Counted from the stretch's first letter, positions 27,663 through 43,875 are shown. The stretch: 64,000 nucleotides of DNA from the human T2T-CHM13v2.0 reference genome, Homo sapiens (GCF_009914755.1 NC_060925.1), one strand, 5' to 3'. Notes: a model not told the origin generated them from the letters alone. A program made the numbers and translations.

Positions 27663-28639
27663 CAATTTCATCTTAATGTGGTCAGAGAACATATTTTATG
27701 TAATTTCAACATTTTAAAATTTATTCAGACTTGCTTTGTGGCCTGTCTTATAGTTTAACCTGGAGAATGTCCCATATTGTTAGATGTGTACATGTTTATC
27801 ATTGTTATATCTTCATAGTGGAGTGACTCTTTTATCATTATAAAATGTTCTTCTTTGTCTCTCATGACAATTTTTGTCTTGAAGTCTGACACATTTGTCT
27901 GGTTTTAGGATAGCCACTTCAACTCTCTTTTTGCTACTGTTTGCAGGAAATACTTATCTTTTCTCATTCTTTTACTTTCAACCTGTTTGTGTCTTTAAAT
28001 CTAAAGGGAGACTTTTACAAACAGCATATAGTTGGATCATGTTTTTTTTTGAAATTCATTCTTCTAACCTCTGCCTTTTGAGAGCTAATTCATTCACATT
28101 TAATGTAATTACTGAAAAGAAAGGGCTTACGTGTGCCATTTTGCTATGTATTATGTATATGTCTTATATCTTTTTTGCACCTCAGTTCCTCCGTTACTAG
28201 TTTCTTCTGTGTTAAATAGACACTTTTCTAGGGGGCCACTTTAATTCCTTTACCATTTCTTTTACTACATACTTTTGAGCTATTTTCTTGGCAATTTCCC
28301 TGGGAATTATAATTAACATCTTAATTTATAACAATGTAATTAGGATTAATACCAACTTTTAATGTTATACACAATTTTGTTCCTATATAGTTCAGTTTCT
28401 TGCTTTATGCTGTTACTGTCACAAATTACTTCTTAATACATTGTTTTTCCATCAATATAAATTTATAATTATTGCTTTATGTAGCTGTCTTTTAAATCAG
28501 ATTTTTAAAAAGGGAGTTACAAACAAAAATACATTAATAACATCTTTTATATTTATCTATGTAGTTATCATTACCAGTGGCAGTGGTTTTTTGGTTTTGT
28601 TTTGTGGTTTTTGGTTTTGTTTTGTTTTGTTTTGTTTTT

Positions 28640-29408
28640 TTTTTTGAGATGGAGTCTTTACAGAGGGATTCTGCAACTTTATTGGGGCATGCCTTCAGCA
28701 CTCAGCCGAGCGGTTTACAGTTCGGCCTTGGCCTTCACTTACTGTTTGCTCAGGTAAACTAGAGGGGAGAAATCAGGACTTTCTCTGGTCTTTCTTGAGC
28801 ATGTGAACAGTTCTCGGCATGCACATGGCCTTCTAAATTCCCAGAAATGTAAGAGCTTTTCAAAGTCCTTATTCGCCAAAGCATCTCATTTAGGCTTTTC
28901 TCCCAAGATATTTGGTTAATCTATTGTTTGCCCCAACTGTTATCCATTGTCTCAGTAGCAAAGGCTAAAACATTTACTTGTGTTTTCAACAAATGACTCC
29001 AGATAGTGACTTTAGGGCTGGGCAAGCTCTGAAACAAGATAAAACATGACTTTTGAGCCCATCTCTTAGGGAGTCACCAGACAATCAACCAAGGACAAAT
29101 ATTTCCAAATGACGACATTCATTCTCCTTCTTCTGGTACTGGTGCTAGAATGCAGGCTGTTATCTTCAAGTGGCTATCTGCCACTGAGCTGGGGAGCTAG
29201 AGATGGAACGAAGGCAAGTTATAATGTCACAAGTCTGTCCCTCCTATGAAGACTCAGCTATTTTTCCTGAATACGTGTTCCCTGAGTTGCTGCAAGCATT
29301 TGGTTAATTTCCAGGGTTCTGAAAAAGTAGATTCTGATCATTTTTGGCAAATTTGTAGTTGCTTTTATGTTGGAGTTCATTTTCAGAGTACCTTACTCTA
29401 CCATCTTC
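28640..29408 (-). mobile_element. Old L1M 5' region
   Basis: Ends GGTTAATTTCCAGGGTTCTGAAAAAGTAGATTCTGA...ACCATCTT, typical of antisense L1M 5' ends. Confidence 0.6.
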
Positions 29409-29539
29409 ACAGAGACCACAATTCACCATTTTTTTATCCACTATATCCAGAAAATCACCAAAGACAGCCAGTTATTCCTTTAAAAGTCACCTTTATCTAT
29501 TTTTCTTAATCACTACCACCACCAGGCAGGCCTTGAGAG

Positions 29540-29780
29540 GCAATTTATTATACTATTTAAAACCATCAGTTCTGGAATCATATGTTGGTGTTTGAATACC
29601 AGCTCTACCACTTCCTACATGCATGACCTGGAGCAAGCCAATTAAAACTTTTTATGCCTCAGTTTTAACGTCTGTAAAATGGGATAATAAAAGTATTGCT
29701 ATGAGGATTAAATGAGTTAACACTTGTCAAGTGATTAGTACTAGGCCTGCATATAGTGAACACTCAAAAATTGTTAGGCA
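29540..29780 (+). mobile_element. MIR
   Basis: ATGCCTCAGTTTTAACGTCTGTAAAATGGGATAATAA...TGAGGATTAAATGAG. Confidence 0.75.
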
Positions 29781-29902
29781 CTAAATGCATCCAGCAAACA
29801 TTTATTAAAGCTAAATTTATTAAGATTATATACTCATCTCTAGGACTATTACAATGAGCAAGACTGACAACAGGTAAGAGCTCCACTTTTGTGGAGCTTA
29901 CG

Positions 29903-30402
29903 TGAAATGTCCCAAACACTTCATATTCAGATTGCGATTTCTCAGATGACTTCTGCTGGGAAACAATTTCTCATTAATTTCTCATGTTTCTTCCCATCTT
30001 GTAAGCAGAGGCACAGATGGCCTTATTTTTGGACTGTCTTCCTCTGGAGCAGAGAACAGATTTGTTTATTGTACAGTATAATAAAAATGTCTTTCTCCAA
30101 GGCAAAGGCCAGGCAGGTATGCACACATTCCATTATAGAAGATTTGAGTTTCCTAGGCTTGGGATTCCTCAGCTCTGGCAAAAACTCATGACATATACAG
30201 CATTGATTCTGCATCACCTCTGTGGAATTTGAGGAGCATGGGGAATGGATATGAAACTGACATTCATGCTGCCACTATGCTATGATTAATAGAGTCGTTT
30301 GTCTCTGACTCAGGAGTCTCATGTCTTCCACCATCATCCACGCAACAGGATAACTTTTTAGCTTACATGCAGAGTAAAATCTCCAGTGTTTCAGCTTTTG
30401 AC
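29903..30402 (+). mobile_element. ERVL-class LTR (MER54/73/74-like)
   Basis: 3' end TTTGTCTCTGACTCAGGAGTCTCATGTCTTC...TAAAATCTC...TTGACA. Confidence 0.55.
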
Positions 30403-31955
30403 AACTTCTAGCCGGTATGCTGTTACAAAGGTATCTTCCTTAAACCTAATTTCTACTGGTTACATCTAAATTTCTTTATCTGGCTTTCAGACTCCTTCCT
30501 ACCTACTCAGCTGAATATCTATTTCTTCTTGAAGAAGACTTTCTGCTTCATAGACCAGTATTTTCACACGTATACTGTGATGTTCCTTTCTACCTCTGAC
30601 ATTAGGCTCAAATTCCACTCCACCCCCTTTTGTTGGAATTCCTTTCCTTTCCCCTTTTTTCCTATTTAGTCAACTCAAATCCATCTCTTAACACCTGTAT
30701 CAAGTCCAAAACTGTCAAGAAACTTCCTCATTGATCACTCTTTCTGCAAACATCTGTAGAACTTAAGAACCTATACAAAGAGCTTGAATATATATTGTGT
30801 TATTTTCTAGTGGTTCCATATGGGCATGCATTGCTTCCCCATTCTGACTGTAAGCAAGAAGAGGAGTGCAGGCACAAAGCAGAAATGGAATGTGACTGAT
30901 TGGAATGGTTACGTGCATATGCACTAAAGCCAGAATTCCCAGATTTAGATCCCCACCACTTATTAGCTATGTGGCCTTGGGCTTATTACTTAACTTCCCT
31001 ATGCCTCAGTTTCTCCATCTTTAAAATAGAAATAATTATAATGATAATACCTATCTCATAGACTTCTTGTGAAAATTGAATTAACACACATAAAAACATA
31101 GATCAAGTTAGAAACATCCCGGAGTTTAGAACTGTAAGAACCTGTGGAGGTATATAGTATTACAGAGGAATTTGAAAAACCTTTCTTAAAAACCTCTCAA
31201 ACCTACCAGATAAAAAATTAAAAACATCTTTTGTTTGACAAAAAATATAGGAAATATTCCAAAGTCAAAGGTGGCATGGCACAAATCTAAAGAGGAGGGT
31301 GAATGCTAAAGCTGGTAGCTGTTCTAGAACATTTGCTGGTCCACAGTAATCCAGAGCATTTGTTTCAGTGGCCACTTGGCTACAGGACAATAAGTCTCAG
31401 GTCTACACAAATTCAAAAGTAAGATTAGAAACCCAAACATTTATCCAGGATTGCAAAGGATCATATGCTCAGTGAATAATTAAAAGAGACACACATATAC
31501 CCCTCAAAGGAATATGGTGAAAAAATAATGGCACTTGGTACAAGGTCCAAAAGTCTTCTCTTGAGAATTTGTAACCACATGTGAGACTTCAAATAAGGTT
31601 ACAGCCTGAATTCACATTTCCTTCATGTTTCTTCAAAGTGATTCAGGTTGGTAGACCCCAAGCCCCTGGCAAAAGCAAACACAAATTCTCTCTACTCAGG
31701 AATCTAAGAATCTAAAAAAGTTCCAAAGAATGTTAGCTCACAATTTACAAAAGTCACAAAATACACAAGGAAACAAAATTCCCTGAGTAAGGGACAGCAG
31801 AAACACCATGTAAGGAAAAAGTGACCTACCGAGACTTTAAATGTAGTTATTAATGGCTACAGAATATTTTTTAAGTATATATAACACATTTAAAAGTAAG
31901 AGAACTAATTGAAAACAGGAGAAAAGAAAAAGAGGCTATCAAAAATGATCAGGCA

Positions 31956-32309
<354 letters not shown>

Positions 32310-32539
32310 TTAATGTAATAATTAAATTTGAAACTCTGTGGACAGGTTAAATAGTAGACTCACCCAGAAGAATTAGTAAATTGAAGAATAGCTGAAGAAA
32401 TTTTACAGAATTCAGCTTAGAGAAATCATGAAATGGAAACTACAAAATATTAAGAAACATGGAGAATGAAGTGAGAGGTATGTATGTATCTATTCACCTT
32501 CCCAAAAGAGGGATTAAAAAGGTAATATTCAAAGAGATA

Positions 32540-33830
32540 CTGTCTTTTCAACAAACGGTGTTGGGAAAACTGGATAATAACAAAAGAATAAAGTTGGATG
32601 CTTACCTTATACCATATACAAAAAATAACTCAAAATGGGTTAAAGGCCTAAACATAAGAATTAAAACTATAAACCTCTTAGAAGAAAACATAAGGGGACA
32701 AGCTTCACAGCATTGGATTTGGCAACGATTTCTTGGATATGACACCAAAAGCAAAGGCAACAAAAGAAAAAAATCGATAAATTGAACTACATCAAAATTT
32801 AAAACATTTGTGCATCAAAGGACACTATTGATGGATTGAAAAGGAAACTCACAGAATGGGAGAAAATATTTGTAAATCATGTATGTGATAAGGAATTAAT
32901 ATATAAAACGCACAAGAAACTCCTGCAACTCAACAATGACAACAACAAAATACCCTTGATTTTTAAAAAGGGCAAAGGACTTCAGTAAACGTTTCTCCAA
33001 AGAGATATACAAATGGTCAGTAAGTAAATAAAAAGATATTCAACATCACTAATTATTAGGGAAATGCAAATAAAACCCACAATGAGATATCACTTTACAC
33101 TTATAAGTATGGCTATTACCAAAAAAACACTCACACAGATAACAAGTATTGGTGAGGATATAGAGAAATTGAAATTATTGTGCGCTGCTGATGTCAATGT
33201 AAAATTGTACAAGTGCTATATAAAATAGTATGGCAGTTTCTCAAAAAATTAAAAATAAAATTATCATATGACTCCCCAGAAGAATAGAAAGTGGGGACTT
33301 GAACAGATATTTGTACACCCATGTTTATAGCAGCATTACTCACAGTTGCCATAGGGTGGAGGCAACCCAAATGTGTATAGATGGATGAATGGACACACAA
33401 AATGTAGCATTTACATACAATAAAATATTATCCAGCCTTAAAAGGAAAGGAAATTCCAACACAAGCTACGACATGGATGAAACTTGAGGACATTATGCTA
33501 AGTGAAATAAGTCAGTCACAACAAGATGAATATTGTATGATTCCATTTATATGAGGTACTTAGAATTGGGATAGAAAGTATAATGGGTTGCCAGGGGCTT
33601 GAGGGAGGGAGGAGTGGATAGTTAGTGTTTAATGGGTATAAAGCTTTACTCTGGGAAGCTTTTTAAAAAGTTCTGGGGATGAATGGTAGTAATGATTGCA
33701 CAACAATGTGAATGTCCTTAATGTCACTGAACTGTACACTTAGAAATAGTTAAAATGGTACATTTTACATTATATATATATATATGTACATATATATTAC
33801 CAAGGTTTTTTCAAAACTTGGGGAAAAATA
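32540..33830 (+). mobile_element. L1MB 3' portion nested in the older L1
   Basis: ORF2 C-terminus ([34 protein letters not shown]) and L1MB 3'UTR. Confidence 0.85.
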
Positions 33831-34137
33831 ATGGTTGAGAATTGTTCAGAACTGATAAAAGATGCAAATATTCAACTTAAGGAATCACAAAGAATCCCTC
33901 ATAAAACAAATACATATCTAGACACTTTGTAAAATGTCTTTGTAAAACCACAGATCTACAAAGAGAAATGTTAAGACTAGTTAGAAAGATATTACCTACA
34001 GAGGAATGATATTTAGACTGACAACTGATTTTTCAACACCACAGTGGAAGGCAGATGGAAAAGCATCATTTCTTCAAAAGACTGAAATGAAAAATAAGTT
34101 TACCTAAAAATGTATATATTTTAAAAATCTTACAGAA

Positions 34138-34630
<493 letters not shown>

Positions 34631-35047
34631 TTATATAAAACAATAAGTAAAATAGCTAATTTATGGGATAAGAAGTAAAACAAACAGAAATGTGAACAGT
34701 GACAGCATAAAAATTGGGGGAGATTAATCTGAGTAACAGCACTCTAAGCTTCCTTAAATTGTTAGAAGAGAAATGTATCAAATAGCTTTAGCCTGTATTA
34801 AGAAAATTATGCATGTTAAGATTTCTAGAGTAACCATTATAAGAATAGAACATCTATTAAAGGGGAAAAAATTGAATAAAGGCATAGAATCTGAATCCAA
34901 AAGAAAGAGAGAAAGGAATAGGAATAAGCAAACAGAAAAAGCAGAAGAAATAGAAAGTGCACATTTAGATAATAGAAATTAATTTAAATATAACAGTAAT
35001 TACAATAAACAGACCAAACTCTTTGGGTTAAAAAAGTCAATATGGAA

Positions 35048-35355
35048 ATTTTTTTCTTTTTGTTTTGAGACAGGGTCTTACTCCACTGCCCAGGCTGGAG
35101 TGCAGTGGCGCAATCTTGGCTCACTGCAACCTCCATGTCCCAGGCTCAAGTGGTCCTCTCACCTCAGTTCCCTGAGTAGCGAGGACTACAGGCACGTGCC
35201 ACCACTCCCAGCTAATTTTTCTATTTTTTTTTTTTGTCTTAAGACAGGGTTTTGCCATGTTGCCCAAGCTGGTCTTGAACTCCTGGGCTCAAGCAATCCA
35301 CCTGCCTCAGCCTCCCAAAGTGCTGGGACTACAGGCATAAGCCAAAGCACCTGGA
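35048..35355 (-). mobile_element. AluJ
   Basis: Full diverged Alu. Confidence 0.9.
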
Positions 35356-37139
35356 GGGAAATAATTTTTAAAAAGCACTTTTTAAAATCCACATTTGCTA
35401 TTTATAAGGTGAACACTCAGAACAAAGAGACAAAGAAAGGTTGAAACTTAAAGAATGGCAGTGTAGTAACTGAAAGAAAGCTTGTGTAGTTATAATACAT
35501 GACTATCAGACAAAAATTTTGCTAAAATAAATGGGTTACTACATAACCATCAATGTTTTTATTTCCCAGGAAGATATAAACTTCTTAACTCTTATGTACC
35601 TAATAAAATTTAAACTATATAAAGTAAAAAATGACAAACTTACAAAAAAATTGACAAATACACCACCATTGTGACAGATTCTAGCATACCTCTTTCAGTA
35701 ACTGATAGAATCTCTGCTTAAAACATCTACAGGGGATTATTTAAACAACACCATAAGTTTGATCCAACTGATTATATGTAAAACGTAGTAACAAGTGAAA
35801 AGTATACTTTTATAAAAATCAAGCATATATGAGGTCATAAATTATATTCTAACATATTAAAAATAATCAGTTTCCCAGAGACCAAGTTCTCTGAACATAA
35901 TGCAGTTAAATTACAATATATATCCAGTTTTAAAAGATAATTTTTAAAAAACATGTATTTAAACTTCTTTAGAATTTGAAAATATTTAGGACTAAGTGAT
36001 AAATAATAATAATGAAAATACATATCAAAACTTGTGGGATACAACTAAACTAGTATTTAGAGGGAAATGCACAGTCTTAATTGCCTATATGAGCAAGAAA
36101 AAATACAAATATTAATAAGATAATCAACTAACACAAGAAATTAGGACTAAAGCAATTAAAACAGATTCAAAGAATTGGAAGGAAGGAATTTATTCATGCA
36201 TTAAACTAATGTTTATTGAACACCCACTATTAGGCATTTACGATTCAGCAGTGACCTAAAAAAAATCCTATTCTTTAGGAAACTTAGTGCCTCCAAAACC
36301 AAATATGGAAGTCAGCATAATACTGGTCATCAAGAGATTTGAGTTGCAGTCCAATTTTTCCAGTACCCAGCTGTGTGTCTTTAGGTAAATCATTTTTTCT
36401 CACTTTGCCTCCTTTTTCTTATCTGGAAAGGAGATCATAATTTCTATCCTATCTATCATGATATAATCAAATGGTATCCAATGACACAAACTATATTTTG
36501 GGAAAGTATAAGCATTATGCAAATATAAAATTATTATTATTAATATTTAAAACATCCATGTTCCTTTTGCTATCACTGCCTTCCTGGTCTTAGGGAAATA
36601 AAATGACTGCTTCATTTAAAACTTTCCTTCCTTCAATTGGCTAAAAGCCATAACATGAGTCTAGCTATGAGGTGGCTTCAAATCTTAATGCTGGGAGAGA
36701 CTGAGTGTTGAGTGTTACTGTGAAATCAAAGATGCAGCATAAATTACTAAGTCTACTCTCATGTATGCCTTGTATTTCTGCAACTCTGAACAGTGGAATT
36801 TTCACAGTAGGATTTAGCACTTATCAGTTGTCCTGTCCCACACTTCAAGATCAAAGGTTCTTGACACATCAAACACTGAGTTAAAAATTGCCGCTCAGAG
36901 TAGGCAATTTTTTTCATTCAACACTCTTTTACTGAGCATTGCTTATGTGTTAGGTAATAGACTGAGCATTGGAAGCTCAGAGATTACAATATAGTTGGTG
37001 AGGCTGACAAAATTGTCTAGCATTCTCTTAGCATACTTATCTAAACACATGAGATCACAAGAGAAGACTCCCCACCTACATACAAGCCCAACCTCGTCTT
37101 ACAATCTTTAGAGCTGAACTAACAAAGAGAGTGAGGTCA

Positions 37140-37173
37140 ATCGTTCTCAGCCTTTTGGCTAAAATCTAGAATG
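37140..37173 (+). pseudogene. RNU2: 3'-truncated (tailless) U2 snRNA retropseudogene
   Basis: ATCGTTCTCAGCCTTTTGGCTAAAATCTAG versus the U2 5' end ATCGCTTCTCGGCCTTTTGGCTAAGATCAAG; 13-bp TSD GAGAGTGAGG(T/G)CA at 37127-37139 and 37174-37186. Confidence 0.85.
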
Positions 37174-37353
37174 GAGAGTGAGGGCAGAGGTAGATGGTCC
37201 TGGTCTCATTTATTGTTTCTGTATTTCTAAGGCCTAAGGCAGGGGCTGATATTCACTAAGTTCTTAACAAATATTTGCTGGGTAAATGAATAGACTTTGT
37301 GGAACAGATTGAAAGAAGCCCTTGGTAGCAGGTACACAATATCCAATAAATAC

Positions 37354-37668
<315 letters not shown>

Positions 37669-37910
37669 TAGTTCTTGATTGTCTTAGAGACCAAGGAAAA
37701 TGTATCCAGCCAATTTCTCTCCATCCTCCCAAATCCTTGCCAGGCCTTTCCTCTTGCTTCAGGACCTGTAGCCCAATTTGCTCTTCCTCCTGTAACAACC
37801 GCACCAGATCTCTGGCTGGTCCAGAAGTCAGGTGAAAGAGTACTGTCATCCTCTGAAAGCCCATCCTTTACTAGGCTGAGTTTTGCTTTGTGTCCAGCGA
37901 ACAAGGCTGA

Positions 37911-38342
<432 letters not shown>

Positions 38343-39997
38343 TAACATGTGACACAGAAGCAGATTGTGTATGTATTGGGGGAAGGAGGGAGGAAGGGAG
38401 GAGGAAATACAGACTGAGATACAGAGGTCATAGTCTCCACATCAAGGCCACATGGTCAGGTCAAACACAGAGCAGAAGGTCACAGAATTTTATTCAATCA
38501 TAGGCCATTACTCTTCTCTCCTACTGCTCACTACTATAGAATTTTTTGTAATTTTTCCTTCTCATTTATGGAAGTGTCTCTTAATGGAGTCTTTCTCTCA
38601 TATGTGTGTGTATTTGTGTGTATGTGTGTGTACGTATAATTGGAAGAGGGCCCTGTGTTGGGTCCATTCTGTCAGAAGTATGTCTGAATTTAATCCCCTT
38701 TCTCCATTCCCACGGCTATAGTCCTAACTCAGGGCCAAGCATTTTTGGCCCGGACTTTTTCAACACTCCTCCCCATCTCCTCCTTGCCCCTGGCCTCTCC
38801 CTACTGCATTTACCCTCCCTACTGACACCAGGTCATCCCTAGTTTAAATTTCTGCTTACGATAGAATTCAAACCCTCCACACTCTGAACCCAAATTAACT
38901 TTTCAATCTTTTTTCTCAACTGGGACAGCCACCCCACCCTGTGATTCAATAACATCATATGTGTCTCCAGGTCTTTGCTTGTGCCATTTCTTTTCTATGA
39001 GATGGTCTTTTCTTGTGGGCAACGTGGACAAATCTTAGCTATTCTTCAGATACGCCATTTCCTCTGTGAAATTTGTTCTGACCCCACCACTTCTTCCCCT
39101 ATGTTCCACATCCATATCATTTTGTACATAACCCTTAGAACAGCACTTCAGTATTTCAATACAGTTATGTGTCTGTTTCCTCAACCATAATAGGAGGTCA
39201 AGAATTATACCTTATCTTTGACCCCTAGAACCTGTTGGTAGAGTTCAGTAAGAGTTTTAAAACTGTTGTCTGTGTGGTTAAATTAAACAAATAACCATAG
39301 AAATAAAATGTTAATCATTATTGGTCATGTACACCTGCATTTGTGTCCATCAGATTTCCTGAACAAAAATCAAAATGTGTGGTCTGAAAATGTGACAGAT
39401 GATTTGGAAGTGGAAAATGTCCTAGAAAATTTGTGTCATGCTTGTCCCATACTTGTGTCCCATAAACATCCCACCAACATTTCAGGACTAAAATTGCCAA
39501 TATTCCCTCCCTCTACCTAAACCCACTGCCATGTTTCAAATGAAAGTAATCCATTGTGAATCCAAGAAAATAAATTGCCTCTATATTGCTGTTTACTTCT
39601 CTGCCTGGATCAGGAGGCCATACACCTTTCTGTTCCTCTTGATAGGCTGGAAGACTAAAACCAAGATTAGCTTTGAATTACTCTGCTTTCTTTGGTTTGC
39701 TTTTAGTTCTCAATCAATCAAGTATTTTAGAAAAGCCCAATACAAGTAGATGCTTAGCCTTGTGCTGGTAGCTATTGCCAAAAAGATACATTGATTAGTC
39801 TCTTACTATGTACCAGGTACTGGGTTAAGAACTTTAGATAGATTATCTTTTGAAATTCTCACAACAGCCTTTTATAAATTATTATTATAATGTCAATATT
39901 GTGGATGAGAAAACTAAGGCTTAAAGAGAGTAAGCAGCGTACTCAAAGTCCTACACAGCTAGTAAGTAAGCAAAACTAACTTTAAACCCAATACTGA

Positions 39998-40171
39998 GGC
40001 TGGGCACAGTGGCATGTGCCTGTAGTTCCAGCTACTCAGGTGGCTGAGGCAGGAGGATCGATTTAGCCCAGGAGGTTGAGGCCACGATGAGCCATGATTA
40101 GCACCACTGTACTACAGCCAGGGCAAAACAGTGAGATCCTGTCTCAAAAATAAATAAATAAATAAATAAAT
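39998..40171 (+). mobile_element. FRAM/Alu right monomer inside a MIR
   Basis: (TAAA)n tail; TSD AAACCCA(A/G)TACTGA. Confidence 0.85.
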
Positions 40172-41205
40172 AAACCCAGTACTGAAGTCTGTGCTCTTAA
40201 CAACAAGCAGCTTACTGTCTATCTGGGGAGATAAGACATTCACATATGAAATAATTGGAAAACAGTATTCCTTGAAATGTCAGGATGTGGCTCCTTAAGT
40301 TCTCCAAGGCCAGATTGAGATTTGTTTTTCTGAACCTTGAGGGACATTCGGGAGAAACGAGCCTGAGTTTTATATAACAAAATAAAAGTTTACAAGAGCC
40401 CTGAGTTATATACAATAAATTCAGTGATCGAAGGTGTAGGGTAGGTAGACAAGAGAATTCATGGGAAAATGCCTCCAGAGCTAATAACTTGTATGTGTCA
40501 AACACTTTCCAGTTCACAGAGCATTTTCACGTATATTATGTCACATCATCTTCACAACCCTGTGGAATACAAATTATCTCTATTTTACATGCTAGGACAA
40601 AGCATTGATTAAGTAGCTTGCCCCATATCATGAATAAATGTTCCAAAGTGGTCAGTATGCAGACTCAGACCCCAACCTCTGCCTCCCAGCAACTATATTT
40701 TCTGCTATGACTCACTGTGACTCAGGACTCAAGCAGCCCAGTGTCCAGTCTGGCTGCTCTTCCCAGGAGCTTTCCCACCTGGCCTCCTTCTGCTCAATGG
40801 GTCCTGCTGGAGACCCTTCCATTGGTCCAACTGGTGGTCTCTACCAACTGCCACAGAAGCTTCCAACAGCCACATTCCACCCATCCAACCCTTCTGCCAT
40901 TAGAGAACCAGGAATTCCCTGTTTTGGGGGGTAGAGAATTGGACATACTCATAAAGCCTTAAGCTCCTAAAACTCATGACTATCTTTTTACTCCTGCCTC
41001 AAGTTTTACACATAAATCAATGAAAATCTGGTCATTGTGTGGCTTTCCAAGCCATTTGGACATTGTGAAACTTGAAATGAGAGAAACATTGAAATTTCTG
41101 GAACTCTACTTCTGAGTACCTTATTGCCTTTTCCCATTCCCTAACCTTCCCTGTGATAGTCTTAACATTCCTGCTGTCAATAAATATTTATCAAGCACCT
41201 GTTAG

Positions 41206-41707
<502 letters not shown>

Positions 41708-41709
41708 GT

Positions 41710-43280
41710 TACTTAGGTGAATGCATCACTGATCACCCCAGAAAAAGCCCCCCATGCTTGCTATCATGAAACTTGCATTACAGTCAGGACAGACTAACTA
41801 AATAATTAACATGCCAAATGGTGATGGACATTGTGATGAAAAATAAACTTAGGAAATTAACTGGTGGAATGGGGTCTATGTTGGAAAGAAGTTGGTCAGG
41901 GAAGGCAGATTTAGTAAGACACCTAAATGCAGTAAGGGAAGAAGCGAAGCCAATTGGCCCTCAAGAGAAGGGTTTTCCAGGCACAGAGAACATAATGCAA
42001 AGGCCCTAAGCTTCACTCATACTTAGGTTATTCACAGAATGGGAAGGAGGCCAGTGTGGCTGGAGCAGAATGAACAAAGGGGGGGAGTGTGGTAGAAGAT
42101 GAGGTCAGAGTGAGCAAGTGAGGGACCTGATTTTGTAATGCCTCATAGGCCCATAGAAGATTGTTGTTTTTCAGGCATTCAACCTCGTTCAAACAAACCA
42201 AGCAATTATTTTAGGCCAGAATTGTTGGGTGCTGATGATACAGAGATGAATAAGACAAAGGCGTTACTGTCAAGAAGCTGAGTCTGATGAAGAACAGAGA
42301 CAAGTAAGCAGACAGCTATATCACAGTGTAACTGGTACTGCAAGAGGGTTAAGCCCTGATTCCTGTAGTAACATATGGAGGGCACCTACTGCAGATGGGA
42401 TGTCAGAGAAACTGAAGTCTAAACCTGTGCCATTCAGAATGGGGTGATTAAAGATGTGAAATGTGACTAGTATGGCTGGGGAACCAAATGTTTAATATTA
42501 ATTAATTTAAATATAAAACTGAAGCAGTGTGAAGCATTTTTCCTTTAAATTCAACCTTACAGTTTTGGTAGGACTACTTCTACTTTTGTCATTGCATCCC
42601 ATAAGATTTCATGATTGTTTTGTTAGTGCTCATGTACTTTTTACTTCTACTTTCAAAAAATGTGGCTACTACAAAATCTACAATTAAATAAATATGTGGC
42701 TCACATTATATTTCTACTGGACAGCACATTATATTTCTACTGGACAGCACTAATCTAAACTCAAAGTGGAAGAGACAAACCAGGGATGTAGAAGAAACCT
42801 CAAGGCAGAGGGTCTACATGTGCCAACGTCCAGATCACAAAGAGAGCATGGCACCTTCGAGGAGGAACAAATAACTCAGAATGATGAGTCCTGAAGTGCC
42901 AGCAAGCAGGTAGGCGGAGATGAGGAAGAAAAAATAAACAGAAGTTGGGTCTGAAGGTCTCGTGTGTTATTTAAGGGAATTTGAACTTCATTGTGAGTAT
43001 AACAGGGAGCTACCGAGGGAAGACACCCAGCCAGCTGGGATTGTTGCAAAGGTCATTCTGGCTATCATGTGGAGCATACACTGAAGTGGGGCAAGAATGG
43101 AAGGAGGAAAACCAGTTAGTGCTGGTTGCAAAAATGAGGCAAGAGTCGGGGGCAGTGACAGTGGAGAAGAGAGAAGTGGGCTAATGTGAGACATTATGAG
43201 AGGTCAAGTTGGCTAGACTTGTCATTGGATAGGTATGAAGAATGAGGGTAACAGGATGGCTTAAAGATCAGTCCCTAACA
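41710..43280 (+). mobile_element. L2 fragments
   Basis: AAGGAGGCCAGTGTGGCTGGAGCAGAATGA, GATGAGGTCAGAG and similar L2 3' motifs. Confidence 0.65.
42424..42752. mobile_element. MER33/Charlie-type hAT fragment with a 23-bp terminal tandem duplication
   Basis: End motif TGTGGCTCACATTATATTTCTACTGGACAGCAC, duplicated at 42702-42750. Confidence 0.65.
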
Positions 43281-43679
43281 CTGTAGGCTCTGAGGAGCAA
43301 ATGACTACTGCCCTCCAAAGCTGGGTGTCCAAGCAAATGACTGAGCTCCTAAAGGGATGCGGGGTGTGAGGGCTGACTTCAGTGGCCATATTTCCCCCTG
43401 ACCGTAAACATTATGAATAAAGAAACATCACCTGGAATTTCACCTGGGCATCTTGTTTGTCTTTGATTAGTATAATTTTTGGAAGTTAATGTATTCCATG
43501 CTGCCAGGTACACTGCTCCAGCATTTTCATTTCCTTTGATCAGATGATGGTTAAGTGACAAGATTATATCTCTCAAAAATAATCTCAGGAAAGGAGAAAT
43601 GTACTTGGGGTTCTTCCTTCTCCTCCAATGGCAAACAGGGAACATAAATTAAATAGAGTCACACTCCATCTCAGCAACC

Positions 43680-43875
43680 CAGGGGCGTGCCCAGGTTTTG
43701 TGGAGCCTAAAATTTATATAGTTGGTGGTTGGGTTTTTTTTTTTTTTTTGGAGGGGGGAGGAGGAAGGGTCTCTTTAAGTAAAATAATACCCAATTATGA
43801 ATTTAAAATCACTAGGTAGGTTCTCATGCAAATGAGGGGCCCTGACACTTAAGCTTCATTAGCGTCATGGTATAT
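43680..43875 (+). mobile_element. MER53-like hAT element
   Basis: CAGGGGCGTGCCCAGGTTTTGTGGAGCCT...GAGGGGCCCTGACACTTAAGCTTCATTAGC. Confidence 0.7.
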
